DNA of 64,000 bases from an uncultured Gemmatimonadaceae bacterium. GTDB lineage: Bacteria; Gemmatimonadota; Gemmatimonadetes; Gemmatimonadales; Gemmatimonadaceae. Position 1 is the stretch's first letter; each line of letters opens with the position of its first letter. This document shows, one piece after another, positions 38,600-49,711 of this stretch. The stretch covers positions 864,001 to 928,000 of the forward strand of contig CAVXGK010000002.1 of NCBI GenBank assembly GCA_963761305.1, in the 5' to 3' direction. The notes beneath the pieces are model-generated. The model ran no database searches. It was not told the DNA's origin and saw nothing but the letters and a program-made list of their open reading frames with translations. A program made the translations under genes and the position numbers.

Positions 38600-40188
38600 A
38601 CTCTCGCGGCGGTCTCGACGGATGGCGCCGCGATCGACGTAACGTCGCCAACCAGCGCCCGCGCGTGCAGACGCGCGGCACCAAGCATCGCGTCGACCAA
38701 CTCGGGACCGTATTTGGCGAGGAACGGCACGAACGACAGCTGTCGCTCCTGCCGAGTGCCGCCGGGGTACAGCGATCCGCGCACAGTGGCGATGTCGCGC
38801 ATGACCGACGCCTCGCGCCGCTTCACGCCGGCGAGCACGCGACGCTCGAGTCGCTCGACGTGGTGCTCGAGTCCACGCCGCGCACCGTCCAGTGAGCGCG
38901 CCGAGAGCAGGTCGCCGTCGGCCGATCGCAAAGCGTCCAACGCATGGGCGAACTCGGTGCGCAACGAACGAAGCGCCGCGTCCACTCCCGGCGCGAGACG
39001 CCGCCGCGCGATCCGGCTCTCGGCCGCATACGGATCGACCAGATCCTCGACGGCAAGCCCAAGCTCGTCGAGACATTTCTGAATCCGCGGTTCGACGATG
39101 GTCGTGGACCAGCGCGGCGCGATGCGCGGCACCGCGGCGCGCATCGATTCGGCGACGGCGCTCACCTGCGCGAAGTACGCGACCTCGCCCGGCCCGCCGA
39201 CGTAGGTCGCCGTCGGCAGCAGCGCGCGCTCGACCACCGGTCGGAGCAACACAGTCGCCGAGAGGTGCGCGCTCGACGGCGCACGATCTCGCAGCGACGC
39301 CGCCTCACCGATCGGGAGGCGGCGCTTCGTTCCGTTTTCCGTGATGGAGACGAGTGACAACCCCGACACTTCCTCGACCTGCGGGTGATAGCCCGCGGCT
39401 CGGATCGCGTCGGTTCGCGCGTGCACGGCGGCGGCGATCGACTCCGCGGACGCCGACGCTTGCTCCAGGATCGGACGCGCGCGCGCGAGGAACGACGCGT
39501 GCGACGCGTCGAGCACCGGAATCTCGAGCGGCTCCAGCAGCTCGCGCAGCAGCGACACATACGCGCTTCCGATCGTGGTTCCGTCGCGAGGCGCGTAGGC
39601 GCGCCCGGCGGCATCGAGGTACGACGAATGCGGCGCCGATCCGCACGCGACCCGAAGTCGCTCGGTCAGTCCCTGCACGGACTCGCCAAGCGCGGCGAGC
39701 GCCATCGGCGTTCCCGCCGGCGGTTTGTCGGTGAGCAGCAGCTCATCGGCGCCGCCGTCGGTCGCGACCCAAACGCTCGCCGTTTCGGCAAAGTCCGCGT
39801 CGTCGGTGGCGGCCCAGAACACAGGAGCGACGGGCATTCCGGTGACGTCCCGCAACAGGTCGGCGATCGCGCGCGCGCTGATCGCCTTCGCCAGCGTCAT
39901 GATGGCGCCGCCGAACAATCCCGGCTGCTGCCCTGTCGTGATGACGACGCCTCGCCCGTTCGCGCTCTCGGCGAGACGCTTTGCCGCGGCGCCGCTCGCG
40001 GCGAAGGCCGGCGCGAGCCCGTCGAGCCAATCGCGCGCGACGTCGTCGGCCACGCTGCCCGCGTGAGCGCGCCAGCCGCGTGCGTCGCGCGGCAGCGGCG
40101 GATACCAATCCGACAATCGACCGGCGCGCGCCGCGACTGAAAGCGGCGACCCGCCGAGCGACTCCGTCCGAACTTCAGCGCGGCTCAT
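38596..40188 (-). CDS. bshC: bacillithiol biosynthesis cysteine-adding enzyme BshC
   Basis: TTGQQPGLFGG, PVFWAATDDADF.E, VLLRPV, LLPT..YVGGPGEVAY.AQ, P.G..QER. Confidence 0.88.
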   Translation of the reverse strand: MSRAEVRTESLGGSPLSVAARAGRLSDWYPPLPRDARGWRAHAGSVADDVARDWLDGLAPAFAASGAAAKRLAESANGRGVVITTGQQPGLFGGAIMTLAKAISARAIADLLRDVTGMPVAPVFWAATDDADFAETASVWVATDGGADELLLTDKPPAGTPMALAALGESVQGLTERLRVACGSAPHSSYLDAAGRAYAPRDGTTIGSAYVSLLRELLEPLEIPVLDASHASFLARARPILEQASASAESIAAAVHARTDAIRAAGYHPQVEEVSGLSLVSITENGTKRRLPIGEAASLRDRAPSSAHLSATVLLRPVVERALLPTATYVGGPGEVAYFAQVSAVAESMRAAVPRIAPRWSTTIVEPRIQKCLDELGLAVEDLVDPYAAESRIARRRLAPGVDAALRSLRTEFAHALDALRSADGDLLSARSLDGARRGLEHHVERLERRVLAGVKRREASVMRDIATVRGSLYPGGTRQERQLSFVPFLAKYGPELVDAMLGAARLHARALVGDVTSIAAPSVETAARV

Positions 40189-40207
40189 CGGCGTGTGCCC
40201 GACCGAA

Positions 40208-40672
40208 TCACTTGTGATACGGCTCTCGGCGCACGATGGTGCCCGCGCGGTACAACTGTTCCGCGAGCACGAGCCGAGCCACTTCGTGCGGCAACGTCCA
40301 TGGCGCCAGCGCGAGCGACGACGTCGCGCGAGTCTTCACCGCTTCGCCGAGTCCGAACGCGCCGCCGATCACGAAGGCGACGTCCACCGCACGCTCGCGC
40401 GTCGCCTGGAGCCATTCGGCGAAGCGCTCCGAGGTGTACGTCCGTCCGCTCACGTCGCATGCGACCACCTGCGCGGCCTCGGGAATCGCGTCGAGCAGCC
40501 GCTCGGCTTCAGCATCCCGCGCGCGGCTCGCCGACAAACCGGCGGCCGACTCCTGACGCACCTCGCGGACGTCGAGCGGCCAGTAGCGCGCGGCGCGCTC
40601 CTCATAGTCGCGAATCGCTCCGGCCAGGTTGGCGTCGCGCGGCTTGCCGACGACAGCGACGACGATACGCAT
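40208..40672 (-). CDS. rlmH: 23S rRNA pseudouridine-1915 N3-methyltransferase
   Basis: VVGK, FVIGGAFG, TLPHE.AR..LAEQLYRA, PYHK. Confidence 0.96.
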   Translation of the reverse strand: MRIVVAVVGKPRDANLAGAIRDYEERAARYWPLDVREVRQESAAGLSASRARDAEAERLLDAIPEAAQVVACDVSGRTYTSERFAEWLQATRERAVDVAFVIGGAFGLGEAVKTRATSSLALAPWTLPHEVARLVLAEQLYRAGTIVRREPYHK

Positions 40673-40742
40673 CGACCGGCGCGCCGCACATCAGCGGCGC
40701 GCTCCCGGCCGACGACACGCCCGGCACGCCGCCGACGCGGCC

Positions 40743-42050
40743 TTACGCATAAATGCCGCGCAGCCGGTGCACCGTGGCCACGCGGCTGATGGAAAGCATG
40801 TACGCCGCCGTACGCATGTTGACCTTGTGCTGCTTGGACAGGTGCAGCACGTCGGCGAAGCTGCGACACATGATGTCGTGGAGCCGCTCGTTGACCGTGT
40901 CTTCGGTCCAGAAGTAGCCGCCGCGGTCCTGCACCCACTCGAAGTAGGAGACGGTGACGCCGCCGGCGTTGGCGAGGATGTCGGGAATCACGAAAATCCC
41001 CTTCTCGTCGAGGATCGAGTCGGCGCTGGCGGTCGTCGGACCGTTCGCGCCTTCGCAGATGATCTTGGCGCGGACCTTCGCCGCGTTCTTGCTGGTGATC
41101 ACGTTCTCGAGTGCCGCCGGCACGAGCACGTCGACGTCGGACAACAGCAAATCGTCATTCGAGATCTGGTCGCCGCCGTCGAATCCGTCGAGCGAGCGCA
41201 CGCGCTTCACGTGCTTGATCGCCGCGTCGATGTCGATGCCGTTCTGGTTGAAGTAGCCGCCGGTGCGGTCGCTGATCGCGACGATCTTGCAGCCTTCGCG
41301 CGACAGCAGGTCCGCGGCGACCGAGCCGACGTTGCCGAATCCCTGCACAGCGACGGTCGTCCCCTGAACAGGCATGCCGAGGTGCTTGAGCGCTTCGCGC
41401 GTCACGATCATGCAGCCGCGGCCCGTGGCCTCGCGGCGTCCGAGCGATCCGCCCATCTCGATCGGCTTGCCGGTGACGACCGACGTGACGGTGTGGCGCA
41501 TGTGCATGGAGTACGTGTCCATCACCCAGGCCATCACGCGCTCGTTCGTGTTGACGTCGGGCGCCGGCACGTCGGAGTCGGGGCCGAGCGTGCTGATGAT
41601 GCCGGCGGTGTATCGACGCGTGAGACGCTCGAGCTCGCCGGCGCTCATCTTGAGCGGGTCACACACGACGCCACCCTTCGAGCCGCCGAACGGCAGGTTC
41701 ACGACCGCGCACTTCCAGGTCATCCAGGCCGCGAGCGCCTTCACCTCTTCGAGCGTCACGTTGAGATCGAACCGGATGCCGCCCTTTGCTGGTCCGCGCG
41801 ACGTGTTGTACAGCACCCGGTGGCCGATGAACACCTCGACCTCCCCGTTGTCCATCATCACCGGAACGGAGATGGTGATCTGCTTTTCGGGATGGCGGAG
41901 CACCTTGTAGAGGCCCGGCTCGAGATCGAGCAGGTCGGCCGCGCGGTCGAACCGCGACATCATGGCCTCGAAAGGATTCTCTTCGTTGAGGAACCGGTCT
42001 TTATCCGGTCGAACGATTCGGTCGGTTGGGAGTCGGAGGTCGGTGACCAT
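40743..42050 (-). CDS. gdhA: Glu/Leu/Phe/Val dehydrogenase (glutamate dehydrogenase)
   Basis: [51 protein letters not shown]. Confidence 0.93.
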   Translation of the reverse strand: MVTDLRLPTDRIVRPDKDRFLNEENPFEAMMSRFDRAADLLDLEPGLYKVLRHPEKQITISVPVMMDNGEVEVFIGHRVLYNTSRGPAKGGIRFDLNVTLEEVKALAAWMTWKCAVVNLPFGGSKGGVVCDPLKMSAGELERLTRRYTAGIISTLGPDSDVPAPDVNTNERVMAWVMDTYSMHMRHTVTSVVTGKPIEMGGSLGRREATGRGCMIVTREALKHLGMPVQGTTVAVQGFGNVGSVAADLLSREGCKIVAISDRTGGYFNQNGIDIDAAIKHVKRVRSLDGFDGGDQISNDDLLLSDVDVLVPAALENVITSKNAAKVRAKIICEGANGPTTASADSILDEKGIFVIPDILANAGGVTVSYFEWVQDRGGYFWTEDTVNERLHDIMCRSFADVLHLSKQHKVNMRTAAYMLSISRVATVHRLRGIYA

Positions 42051-42070
42051 TGGAAGAAAACAGGCCGGCG

Positions 42071-43138
42071 TCAGCCGGCGATCGGGGAGGGCGTTCGTTG
42101 AGCTCGTGCGCGCACCAAGCCGTCGAGCACGGAATCCAAGCCTCCGACGCCGCGATCGACTTGTACATCCTGTGAAACATACCACAACGGCGGTCCAAGG
42201 CGAGGCCAACGCGCCTTCAACTTGACCGCGTCCTTGAGCGTGCACAGCACGATGTCCACGTGCCGCAAATCGCGCGCGGCCTCGGCCACCTCGCGGTCGG
42301 TGAACGCGTGGTGATCTGGAAAGACGCGCGCGTCCATGCGCGAGTCGAAGCGCGACCCCAGCCCGCGCAGTTGGGCAATGAACGCCGTCGGATCGCCGAT
42401 CGCCATCACGGCGCCGACGCGAAGACTGGCCAGCGCCGACAACGGTCGCGCGTCGGTGCGGTCCATCGCGTTCACGAGGTCGAGCAACACCATGCGCACC
42501 GACACGCGCGGCACCAGCGGCGCGATCGTCGCCAGCCGGTCGTGCACGCGATCCACCGCGTCGTCGTGTGCGGCCTTGCACGTCACGACGATCAGCGTCG
42601 CGCGTCGCACCGCGTGCAACGGTTCGCGCCACGGCCCGGCCGGCAACAAGCGCACGACGTCGGTCCATTGATCCGCGCTCACCAGCACGACGTCCACGTC
42701 GCGCTCGATGCGGCGATGCTGGAATCCATCGTCGAGTACCGCGATGTCGGCGCCGTCGGTCGCGGCGCGCTCGACCGCCGCGAGCCGGTCGCCGCCGACG
42801 ATCACCGGAATGGACCGGTTGAGCGCGCGATGCACCAGCGGCTCGTCGTCGCCGTAGCCGCGCAGCACGATCGCCGGCTTCGCGCCGCGCGCCGCCAACC
42901 CGCCGGCGATCCACGCCGCGATCGGAGTCTTCCCCGTCCCGCCGACGGTGAGGTTGCCAACGCTCACCACCGAAATCGGCGGACGGTGCGTGCGCAACCA
43001 TCCGACGTCGTACAGCGCGTCGCGCGCCGCGGCGATGCCGCCGTAGGCGAGCGACGCCGGCGTCAGCAGCGTGCGCGCCATAGCCGCCGAGTAGTCGGTG
43101 CCGTACCAGACGTGTTCCACCGTGCGGGGATCAGCCAT
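42071..43138 (-). CDS. lpxK: tetraacyldisaccharide 4'-kinase
   Basis: [48 protein letters not shown]. Confidence 0.95.
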   Translation of the reverse strand: MADPRTVEHVWYGTDYSAAMARTLLTPASLAYGGIAAARDALYDVGWLRTHRPPISVVSVGNLTVGGTGKTPIAAWIAGGLAARGAKPAIVLRGYGDDEPLVHRALNRSIPVIVGGDRLAAVERAATDGADIAVLDDGFQHRRIERDVDVVLVSADQWTDVVRLLPAGPWREPLHAVRRATLIVVTCKAAHDDAVDRVHDRLATIAPLVPRVSVRMVLLDLVNAMDRTDARPLSALASLRVGAVMAIGDPTAFIAQLRGLGSRFDSRMDARVFPDHHAFTDREVAEAARDLRHVDIVLCTLKDAVKLKARWPRLGPPLWYVSQDVQVDRGVGGLDSVLDGLVRARAQRTPSPIAG

Positions 43139-43799
43139 GCGCAACCATCTCCGTCGCCGCCATCACCTCGGCCACGCGATCCACCGAGCCGGCCGCGTCG
43201 CGCGACTCGGCGGCGGCGACGAAGAATGGATCGCTGTACGCGATCGTGATTCGGCTGAACGGCTTTGGAATCTCGAATCGATCCCACGTCGAGAGACGCC
43301 ACGGCGAGTGCGCGCGGGCGATCGCCCCGACCACCGGCGCGCCCGTGCGATGCGCCACGATGGCGACGCCCGGCGCGACCGTACGCGCCGGGCCGCGCGG
43401 GCCGTCGGGCGTGACGGCGAGATCGCGGCCTTGCTCGATCACACGCGACGCCTCGAGCAGCGCCCGCGCCGCGTTCCGTGACGTCGATCCGCGCACCGTG
43501 TGAAATCCCAGACGCTCGGCGATGCGCGCGATGATCTCGCCGTCGCCGTGCTCGCTGATCATTACCGTGACGCCCTCACCGCGATGATGATACAGGAGCG
43601 CGAGCAGATGACCATGCCAGAGCGAGAATACGATCGGCAGGTGGCCGGCGCGGCGCTCGCGCACCGCGGCGTCGTGCACGACGCGAATGCGCCACGTTCC
43701 ACCGAGCAGACGGACGAGCCAGGTTCCGAGGCGCGCCAGCCGCGCGATGCGCCGCTCGGCACGGGCGTCGATCGGAGCCGGCCGGGCTTCAGCGGCCAT
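43131..43799 (-). CDS. DUF374 lysophospholipid acyltransferase family protein (LpxJ-like)
   Basis: WHG, S.H.DGE, VRGS, TPDGPRGP, WD.F.IP.PF; lies between lpxB and lpxK. Confidence 0.85.
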   Translation of the reverse strand: MAAEARPAPIDARAERRIARLARLGTWLVRLLGGTWRIRVVHDAAVRERRAGHLPIVFSLWHGHLLALLYHHRGEGVTVMISEHGDGEIIARIAERLGFHTVRGSTSRNAARALLEASRVIEQGRDLAVTPDGPRGPARTVAPGVAIVAHRTGAPVVGAIARAHSPWRLSTWDRFEIPKPFSRITIAYSDPFFVAAAESRDAAGSVDRVAEVMAATEMVAHG

Positions 43800-44931
43800 C
43801 GCGGTTCCCGGTCCGATCGGCGAGAGCGAGCGCCATGTCGGCCACGCGTCCGGCGGCGCCCGGCGTTCCCAGCGAGGCGCACACGCGGGCGAGACCTTCG
43901 ACCATGGTGCGCCGCTCCGCGCTCGTGCGATCCAGCAGCGGCGCGAGAGCGTCGGCGACGGCGACGGGTTGGAACGCGTCCTGGACGAATTCCGGCGCGA
44001 GGCGTGTGCCGGCCACGACGTTTACAAGACCGATATTCGAGATCTTGACCAAGCGTCGCGCGGCCGCGTAGGTAAGTCGGCTCGTGCGATATGCCACGGC
44101 CAGCGGGCAGCCGGCGACCGCCGCTTCGAGCGTGGTCGTGCCGCTCTTGCAGAGCGCGGCGTCGGCCGCGCGTAGAATCGTGAACGATGCCGAGCGCACC
44201 GTCGGAAACGGACAACGCCGAGGCTCGAGCTCCACGTGCGGCGCCGCGCTCACGATGACCTGGAGTCTCGGATCGCGCCGCTGCAGCTCCCGCGCGGCCG
44301 CGACGAAGCCGTCCAGATGCCGGCGAATCTCCTGTGCGCGGCTTCCCGGGAACAGCGCCAGCACGGGCGCGTCGTCGCGCAGGCCAAGCGAGCGCCGCGC
44401 GTCGCACTTGTCGGGGACCTGTTCGAGTCGGTCGAGCAGCGGATGGCCGACGAACGTCGCGTCGATGTTGTGGGCGCGAAGCAGCGGCTCCTCGAACGGC
44501 AGGATCGCAGCGGCTTGCGTGACGGTGCGCGCGAGACGATCCAGGCGGTCGGCGCCCCACGCCCACACTTGCGGCGTGACGTAGTACAGCACGGGCACGC
44601 CGGCCGCTGCCGCGGCGTCGGCGACTTTCATGTTGAACGTCGGGTAATCGATGAGCACCACCAGCGCGACGTTGCCGCTCTTGATTCGCCGCTCGAGCTC
44701 ACGCAGCAGCGCCCAGTGCTTCGGCACGTGCTTGACGACCTCGACGAATCCCATCACGGCGAGCTGTTCGACGTGCTCAACCAGCTCGACGCCGGCAGCG
44801 CGCATCTCGTCGCCGCCGATGCCCGCGACGTGAAAGCGGCCGCCCGCGCCGCGCGCCGCCAACTCGCGTACGACGCGAGCGGCGTGCAAATCGCCGGAAA
44901 CTTCCCCGGCGACGAACAGAATCTCACGCAC
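43789..44931 (-). CDS. lpxB: lipid-A-disaccharide synthase
   Basis: AGEVSGD, VMGFVEV, IDYP.FN, PQVWAW, FVGHPL, PGSR..E, SGT.TLE. Confidence 0.96.
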   Translation of the reverse strand: MREILFVAGEVSGDLHAARVVRELAARGAGGRFHVAGIGGDEMRAAGVELVEHVEQLAVMGFVEVVKHVPKHWALLRELERRIKSGNVALVVLIDYPTFNMKVADAAAAAGVPVLYYVTPQVWAWGADRLDRLARTVTQAAAILPFEEPLLRAHNIDATFVGHPLLDRLEQVPDKCDARRSLGLRDDAPVLALFPGSRAQEIRRHLDGFVAAARELQRRDPRLQVIVSAAPHVELEPRRCPFPTVRSASFTILRAADAALCKSGTTTLEAAVAGCPLAVAYRTSRLTYAAARRLVKISNIGLVNVVAGTRLAPEFVQDAFQPVAVADALAPLLDRTSAERRTMVEGLARVCASLGTPGAAGRVADMALALADRTGNRDGR

Positions 44932-45970
44932 GACTGCCTGCCGCTCCGGCCGCCAACGGCTGACCCGCCATGGCGAGCGGCGGCGCGCCGCCGAGTCGCG
45001 CGCCGGTTCGTTCGATGTCGTGCACGATCGACAAGGCGACGGCGAGCGCTTCCCGTCCGTCGTCGCCCGTCACCGGCGGCGGGCCGTCGCCGCCGACGGC
45101 GCGCACGAAGGCCTCGAGCTCGAGCCGCAGTGGCTCGCCGTCGGGCGCGTCGATCGCGATCCGTTCGACGTACGATTCGATCGCTTGCGCGCCGCGCGCG
45201 TCGCGCACGAGCGCCGCCAAGTCGACATCGCGCCGCAACTTGTAAATTTCGCCCGTCCCCGCCGCGAGATCGAGCGAGAGGTACCCGCTCTGCTGGAAGA
45301 TCCTCAGCTTGCGCATCCGCTCGCGCGACACTCGGCTCGCCGTGATGTTGGCGACCGCGCCGGAGTCGAACGTCAGACGCGCGTTGGCGATGTCGACGAA
45401 CGGCGTGAGCACCGGAACGCCCACCGCCGACACCGTCGACACCCCGCCGCCCACGAACGTCCGCACCAGATCGATGTCGTGGATCATGAGGTCGAGCACG
45501 ACGGCGACGTCGGAACCTCGCGGATTGAAGGGCGCGAGCCGGTCGCTCTCGATGAAACGCGGAGCCTCGACGTACGGCAGCGCGCCGCGCACGGCGCGAT
45601 TGAACCGCTCGATGTGACCCGTCTGGAGGACCGCGCCGGTGCGCCTCGCGATGGCGAGCAACGCGTCCGCTTCGTCGAGTGTCGCCGCGATCGGCTTTTC
45701 CACGAGCACGTGGAGCCCGCGCTCGAGCGCCGGCGCCGCGACGGCAAAGTGCGCCGGCGTCGGAACGGCGATCGACACGGCCTGCACCTTGTCGAGCAGC
45801 GCGTCGAGCGACGCATACGACTCGACGCCGAGCTCGGACGCGACCGTCAGCGCGCGCTCGGCGCTCGAGTCGTGGAAGCCGACGAGCTTGGCGCCCGGGA
45901 CGTCGCGAAGAATTCGCGTGTGGTGAAAGCCGAGGGCCCCCGCTCCGACCACGCCGACACGAATCGTCAT
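44924..45970 (-). CDS. Gfo/Idh/MocA oxidoreductase, GnnA-like (UDP-GlcNAc 3-dehydrogenase candidate)
   Basis: G.G.LG..H, PT..H, VEKPI, GHIERFN, V.DLMIHDID, ASR.S; located between lpxA and lpxB. Confidence 0.85.
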   Translation of the reverse strand: MTIRVGVVGAGALGFHHTRILRDVPGAKLVGFHDSSAERALTVASELGVESYASLDALLDKVQAVSIAVPTPAHFAVAAPALERGLHVLVEKPIAATLDEADALLAIARRTGAVLQTGHIERFNRAVRGALPYVEAPRFIESDRLAPFNPRGSDVAVVLDLMIHDIDLVRTFVGGGVSTVSAVGVPVLTPFVDIANARLTFDSGAVANITASRVSRERMRKLRIFQQSGYLSLDLAAGTGEIYKLRRDVDLAALVRDARGAQAIESYVERIAIDAPDGEPLRLELEAFVRAVGGDGPPPVTGDDGREALAVALSIVHDIERTGARLGGAPPLAMAGQPLAAGAAGSRA

Positions 45971-46746
45971 CCGACCACCGAGCCGCGGTCGCTTCGCTCG
46001 AAGAACGCGAGGAACTCTTGAATCTCCGGATACGAGTGCAGCTCGGCCGCGGCCCGCTCGCGCGCTTGCGTGAGGTTCAGCCCCGACTTGAAGAACAGAC
46101 GGTACGCGCGCTTCAACTCGCGGCGCACTTCTTCCGGGATTCCGTTTCGCTCGAGGCCGACGCTGTTCAAGCCGTAGAGTTTGATCGGATTGCCGACGGC
46201 CTTCACGTATGGCGGAACGTCCTTCGCGACGCGCGAACAGCCGCCGATGAAGCAGAAGCCGCCGATCGTCGCGAACTGATGCACCGCGACGAGGCCGCTC
46301 AGGATGGCCTTCGAATCGATCGTGACGTGGCCGGCGAGCTGCGTTCCGTTGGAGATGATCACGCCGTCGCCGATGTGACAGTCGTGCGCCAGGTGCACGT
46401 ACGACATCAGGAAGCAGCTCTTCCCCACCGTCGTCTTGAACGACTGCGTCGTGCCGCGATTGATCGTCGTGTACTCGCGGATCACCGTGCCGTCGCCGAT
46501 CTCCACCGTCGTCGGCTCGCCCTTGTACTTGAGATCCTGCGGATCGCCGCCCAGCACCGTGCCCACGCCCACCTTCACGTCCCGGCCAAGGCAGACGTTC
46601 CGCTCGAGCACCGCGCGCGTCGCGATCACCGATCCCGCGCCGATCGTGCAGTTCTCTCCCACAATGGCGAACGGGCCGATCTCGACGTCGTCGGCGATGA
46701 CGGCGGTCGGATGTACGATCGCGCTCGGATGAATCAAATCGCTCAT
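45967..46746 (-). CDS. lpxA: acyl-ACP:UDP-N-acetylglucosamine acyltransferase
   Basis: hexapeptide repeats, PQDLKY, IRE..TINRGT, HLAHDC, LAGHV, VHQF, DVPPY, LN.VGL.R. Confidence 0.96.
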   Translation of the reverse strand: MSDLIHPSAIVHPTAVIADDVEIGPFAIVGENCTIGAGSVIATRAVLERNVCLGRDVKVGVGTVLGGDPQDLKYKGEPTTVEIGDGTVIREYTTINRGTTQSFKTTVGKSCFLMSYVHLAHDCHIGDGVIISNGTQLAGHVTIDSKAILSGLVAVHQFATIGGFCFIGGCSRVAKDVPPYVKAVGNPIKLYGLNSVGLERNGIPEEVRRELKRAYRLFFKSGLNLTQARERAAAELHSYPEIQEFLAFFERSDRGSVVG

Positions 46747-48011
46747 TTGTCTCGCACCACCGCGCCCATTTCCGCCTCGCAGACCACCTGTCCATCGACC
46801 TTCGCGATCCCAGACATCTTGCACATCATGCCGCGCACCTGGAGCAGCTCCAGCTCGAAGCGCAGCTGGTCGCCCGGCTTCACCGGACGCCGGAACTTGA
46901 CGTTGTTGAGCGACGTGAAATACACGACCTTCGATTCCGGCTGCGGCACGGATCCCATGAGCAGCATGCCGCCGACTTGCGCCATCGCTTCGATGATCAA
47001 CACGCCGGGCATGATCGGATGCCCAGGGAAGTGTCCCTGAAAGAACGGCTCGTTGATCGTGACGTTCTTGAGTCCGACGACGCGCTTCTCGTCGATCTCG
47101 AGAATCCGGTCCACGAGAAGAAATGGATACCGGTGGGCCAACACCTTCATGATGTCGTCGATCTCGATCACGGTCTTCTCCTTCGCAGCGTCTTGCATCG
47201 CTCGCACCAGTTGAACCGTTCCGCGGTGACTCGGCTTGATCGCCGTCACCCGCGCGCGTACCCGCATCCCCGCCAGCGCGAGATCGCCCAGACAATCGAG
47301 CGCCTTGTGGCGCACGAACTCGTCGGGCCAGCGCAGTGGTGAGCCTCCCACCAGCACGGCCGTGTCGTCGAGGACGACCGCATTCTCGAGCGACGCGCCT
47401 TGAATGAGCCCCATCGAACGGAGCGCGTCCACCTCGCGCAAAAAGCCGAACGTGCGCGCCGGCCCGATTTCCGTCGCGAACGCGTCGGCCGCATGGCGGT
47501 ACGAGCAGCGCTGCACCCCGATCATCGGGTGCGGAAAGTCGATCGTCACGTCCAGCTCCAGATCCCGCGACGGCGTCACCTCGTAGCGTGACTCGCCGTC
47601 GGCGAACGACAGCGGCTTGCGCAGCGTGAGGTATCGCACTTCGCCCGCATGCTCCACCACGCCCGCCAGCGTCAGCGCGTCGACGAACGGCGCGGCGCTG
47701 CCGTCCATGATCGGCGGCTCCGGTCCGTCGAGGCGGATCTCGACGTCATCCAACCCGCAGCCGGCGACGGCCGCGAGGACGTGTTCGACCGTGTGCACCG
47801 ACACCGGATCGGCGCCGAGCTGCGTGTGGCGCTCGGTGAGCAGCGCGTGCTCGGCCAGCGCCGGGATCATCGGCGATCCTTCGAGGTCGATCCGGCGGAA
47901 CGTGATCCCGGCGCCGCTGGCAGCCGGAAAAAACTGCAGGCAGCACGGTTCCCCCAGGTGCAGCCCGACCCCGTCGAGCGACACCGGGTGAGCAATCGTG
48001 CGACGATTCAT
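46743..48011 (-). CDS. lpxC/fabZ: bifunctional LpxC deacetylase / FabZ dehydratase fusion
   Basis: G.GLH.G, TVEH.LAA, E.PIMDGS, ARTFG, HK.LD..GDL, then [29 protein letters not shown]. Confidence 0.95.
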   Translation of the reverse strand: MNRRTIAHPVSLDGVGLHLGEPCCLQFFPAASGAGITFRRIDLEGSPMIPALAEHALLTERHTQLGADPVSVHTVEHVLAAVAGCGLDDVEIRLDGPEPPIMDGSAAPFVDALTLAGVVEHAGEVRYLTLRKPLSFADGESRYEVTPSRDLELDVTIDFPHPMIGVQRCSYRHAADAFATEIGPARTFGFLREVDALRSMGLIQGASLENAVVLDDTAVLVGGSPLRWPDEFVRHKALDCLGDLALAGMRVRARVTAIKPSHRGTVQLVRAMQDAAKEKTVIEIDDIMKVLAHRYPFLLVDRILEIDEKRVVGLKNVTINEPFFQGHFPGHPIMPGVLIIEAMAQVGGMLLMGSVPQPESKVVYFTSLNNVKFRRPVKPGDQLRFELELLQVRGMMCKMSGIAKVDGQVVCEAEMGAVVRDK

Positions 48012-49087
48012 TTTGTATCGGGCGTGGACTCGAGCAGGCGCTCGATGCGGCGAAGAAGGCTGGGAAGTTTGAAGAGCGCGGCCTGGGCCCGCAGCGCCTC
48101 TTTGTGGGGGCGCGCCGGATACCCGGACCACGTTTCACCGGCAGGAATATCGCCAAAGACACCGGCTTGCGCAGCAAGCCGGGACCCCGCCCCGATCGTA
48201 TGGTGCCCCGACACGCCGACCTGCCCTAGCAGCATCGCGCCGTCCTCCACACGCACAGACCCGGCGATGCCCACTTGCGCCATGATGAGACACAACTTCC
48301 CGATCCGCACGTTGTGCGCGATCTGCACCAGGTTGTCGATCTTCGTCCCCGCGCCCACGACGGTGTCGTCGATGCTGCCGCGATCGATCGTCGAGTTGGC
48401 CCCGATCTCGACGTCGTCCTCGATGATGCAGCGGCCAACGTGCGGAATCTTGAGATGCTTGCCGTCGCGCTGCACGTAGCCGAATCCGTCCGACCCGATG
48501 CGCGCGCCGGAGTGGACGATCACCCGTCGCCCGATGTGCGAGCCGCTGTAGACGGTGACGCTGGGATAGAGACGCGAATCGTCGTCGATCTCCACACCCT
48601 CTCCGACCACACAGTGCGCGCCGACGACGACGTTGTCGCCGAGCACGACGCGGTCGCCGATCACGGCGTACGGCCCGAGAGAGAGGTTGCGTCCGAGTCG
48701 CGCGCCGCGCCCGATGATCGCCGTCTGGTGCACGCCTGCCGCGCCCTCGGCGCGACGATGGAAGCGCGGGAGGAGCGACAGCAGCGCCTCCAGCGGCCGG
48801 TCAACCACGACTCGACTCGGCGCCTGTCCAGGCGACTTCGCGAGCTCCGGCGACACAAGCACCACGCCGGCCCGCGACGTCGCGAACACCGGCGCGTATT
48901 TGGCCGTGCCGAAGAAACTCAGATCTGTCGGAGACGCGCGGTCCAGCGGGGCCACACTGGCGATCGAGACTGCCGGGTCGCCGACCAAGCGCCCGCCAAC
49001 GGCTTCCGCAATAGCCGCGGCGGTGAGGACGAAACCGCCCTCACCGCCGTTGGACTTGCTCGAAGACGCTGGCGCGTCGGCCGTCAC
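48008..49087 (-). CDS. lpxD: UDP-3-O-acyl-glucosamine N-acyltransferase
   Basis: hexapeptide repeats, [38 protein letters not shown]. Confidence 0.96.
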   Translation of the reverse strand: MTADAPASSSKSNGGEGGFVLTAAAIAEAVGGRLVGDPAVSIASVAPLDRASPTDLSFFGTAKYAPVFATSRAGVVLVSPELAKSPGQAPSRVVVDRPLEALLSLLPRFHRRAEGAAGVHQTAIIGRGARLGRNLSLGPYAVIGDRVVLGDNVVVGAHCVVGEGVEIDDDSRLYPSVTVYSGSHIGRRVIVHSGARIGSDGFGYVQRDGKHLKIPHVGRCIIEDDVEIGANSTIDRGSIDDTVVGAGTKIDNLVQIAHNVRIGKLCLIMAQVGIAGSVRVEDGAMLLGQVGVSGHHTIGAGSRLAAQAGVFGDIPAGETWSGYPARPHKEALRAQAALFKLPSLLRRIERLLESTPDTK

Positions 49088-49698
49088 TGCGTCGGCGGCT
49101 TCGGCCTCGTCACGCCAGCCGGCGCCGTTGGCGCGCCGCCCTTCGGGGCCGTGACAGGAATCGTCGGGGCCTTCGACGCGCGAAGCCGCGAGATCGCCTT
49201 GTCCGTGATGTCGAGGTTCTTGTCCGCCGAGACGATCGGCGTTGAGCCAGGATCGTTCATCAGGATCAGCGAGTAGTTGCCTTCTTCGCGGAGGTCGTCG
49301 AGCACCTTTTTCACCAAGTCGGTGATCGGTGCGAGGACCTCCTGCTTTCGCTGGTCGTACTGCTGCTGGAACGCCTGGTTCTTGCTCTGGAGCTCCTGCT
49401 CGAGGGCTTGGATCGCCTTCGTCGCTTTGTCCTTGTTCGCGGGAGTGAGCGTGGGCTCCTCCTTGTTGAACTTGGAGAGCATCGCATTCACCGAGTCCTG
49501 CAACTTCTGAAGCTGACCCTGGAAGACGTTGCCTTCCCGCGTCAGGATGGCCGTCGCCGAATCACGTCCTGGCGCCGCTTCCATGAGAGCTTGCGTGTTG
49601 ACGTAGGCGATCTTCATCGCCCCCTGCGCCTGGATCGCCGCGACGCCGCCAACCGTTGGAACGAGCGCGATCAGCGTCGCGCGGACGAACGAGTGCAT
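49084..49698 (-). CDS. skp: periplasmic chaperone Skp (OmpH)
   Basis: signal peptide, KIAYVN, coiled coil, Y.LIL, DIT; lies between bamA and lpxD. Confidence 0.9.
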   Translation of the reverse strand: MHSFVRATLIALVPTVGGVAAIQAQGAMKIAYVNTQALMEAAPGRDSATAILTREGNVFQGQLQKLQDSVNAMLSKFNKEEPTLTPANKDKATKAIQALEQELQSKNQAFQQQYDQRKQEVLAPITDLVKKVLDDLREEGNYSLILMNDPGSTPIVSADKNLDITDKAISRLRASKAPTIPVTAPKGGAPTAPAGVTRPKPPTQ

Positions 49699-49711
49699 TG
49701 GTAACTCCGCT

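Noticed and set aside
46743..48011. LpxC-FabZ fusion as a novelty
   Set aside because: A well-known fusion in Bacteroidetes, Chlorobi and related phyla; useful only as a taxonomic hint.
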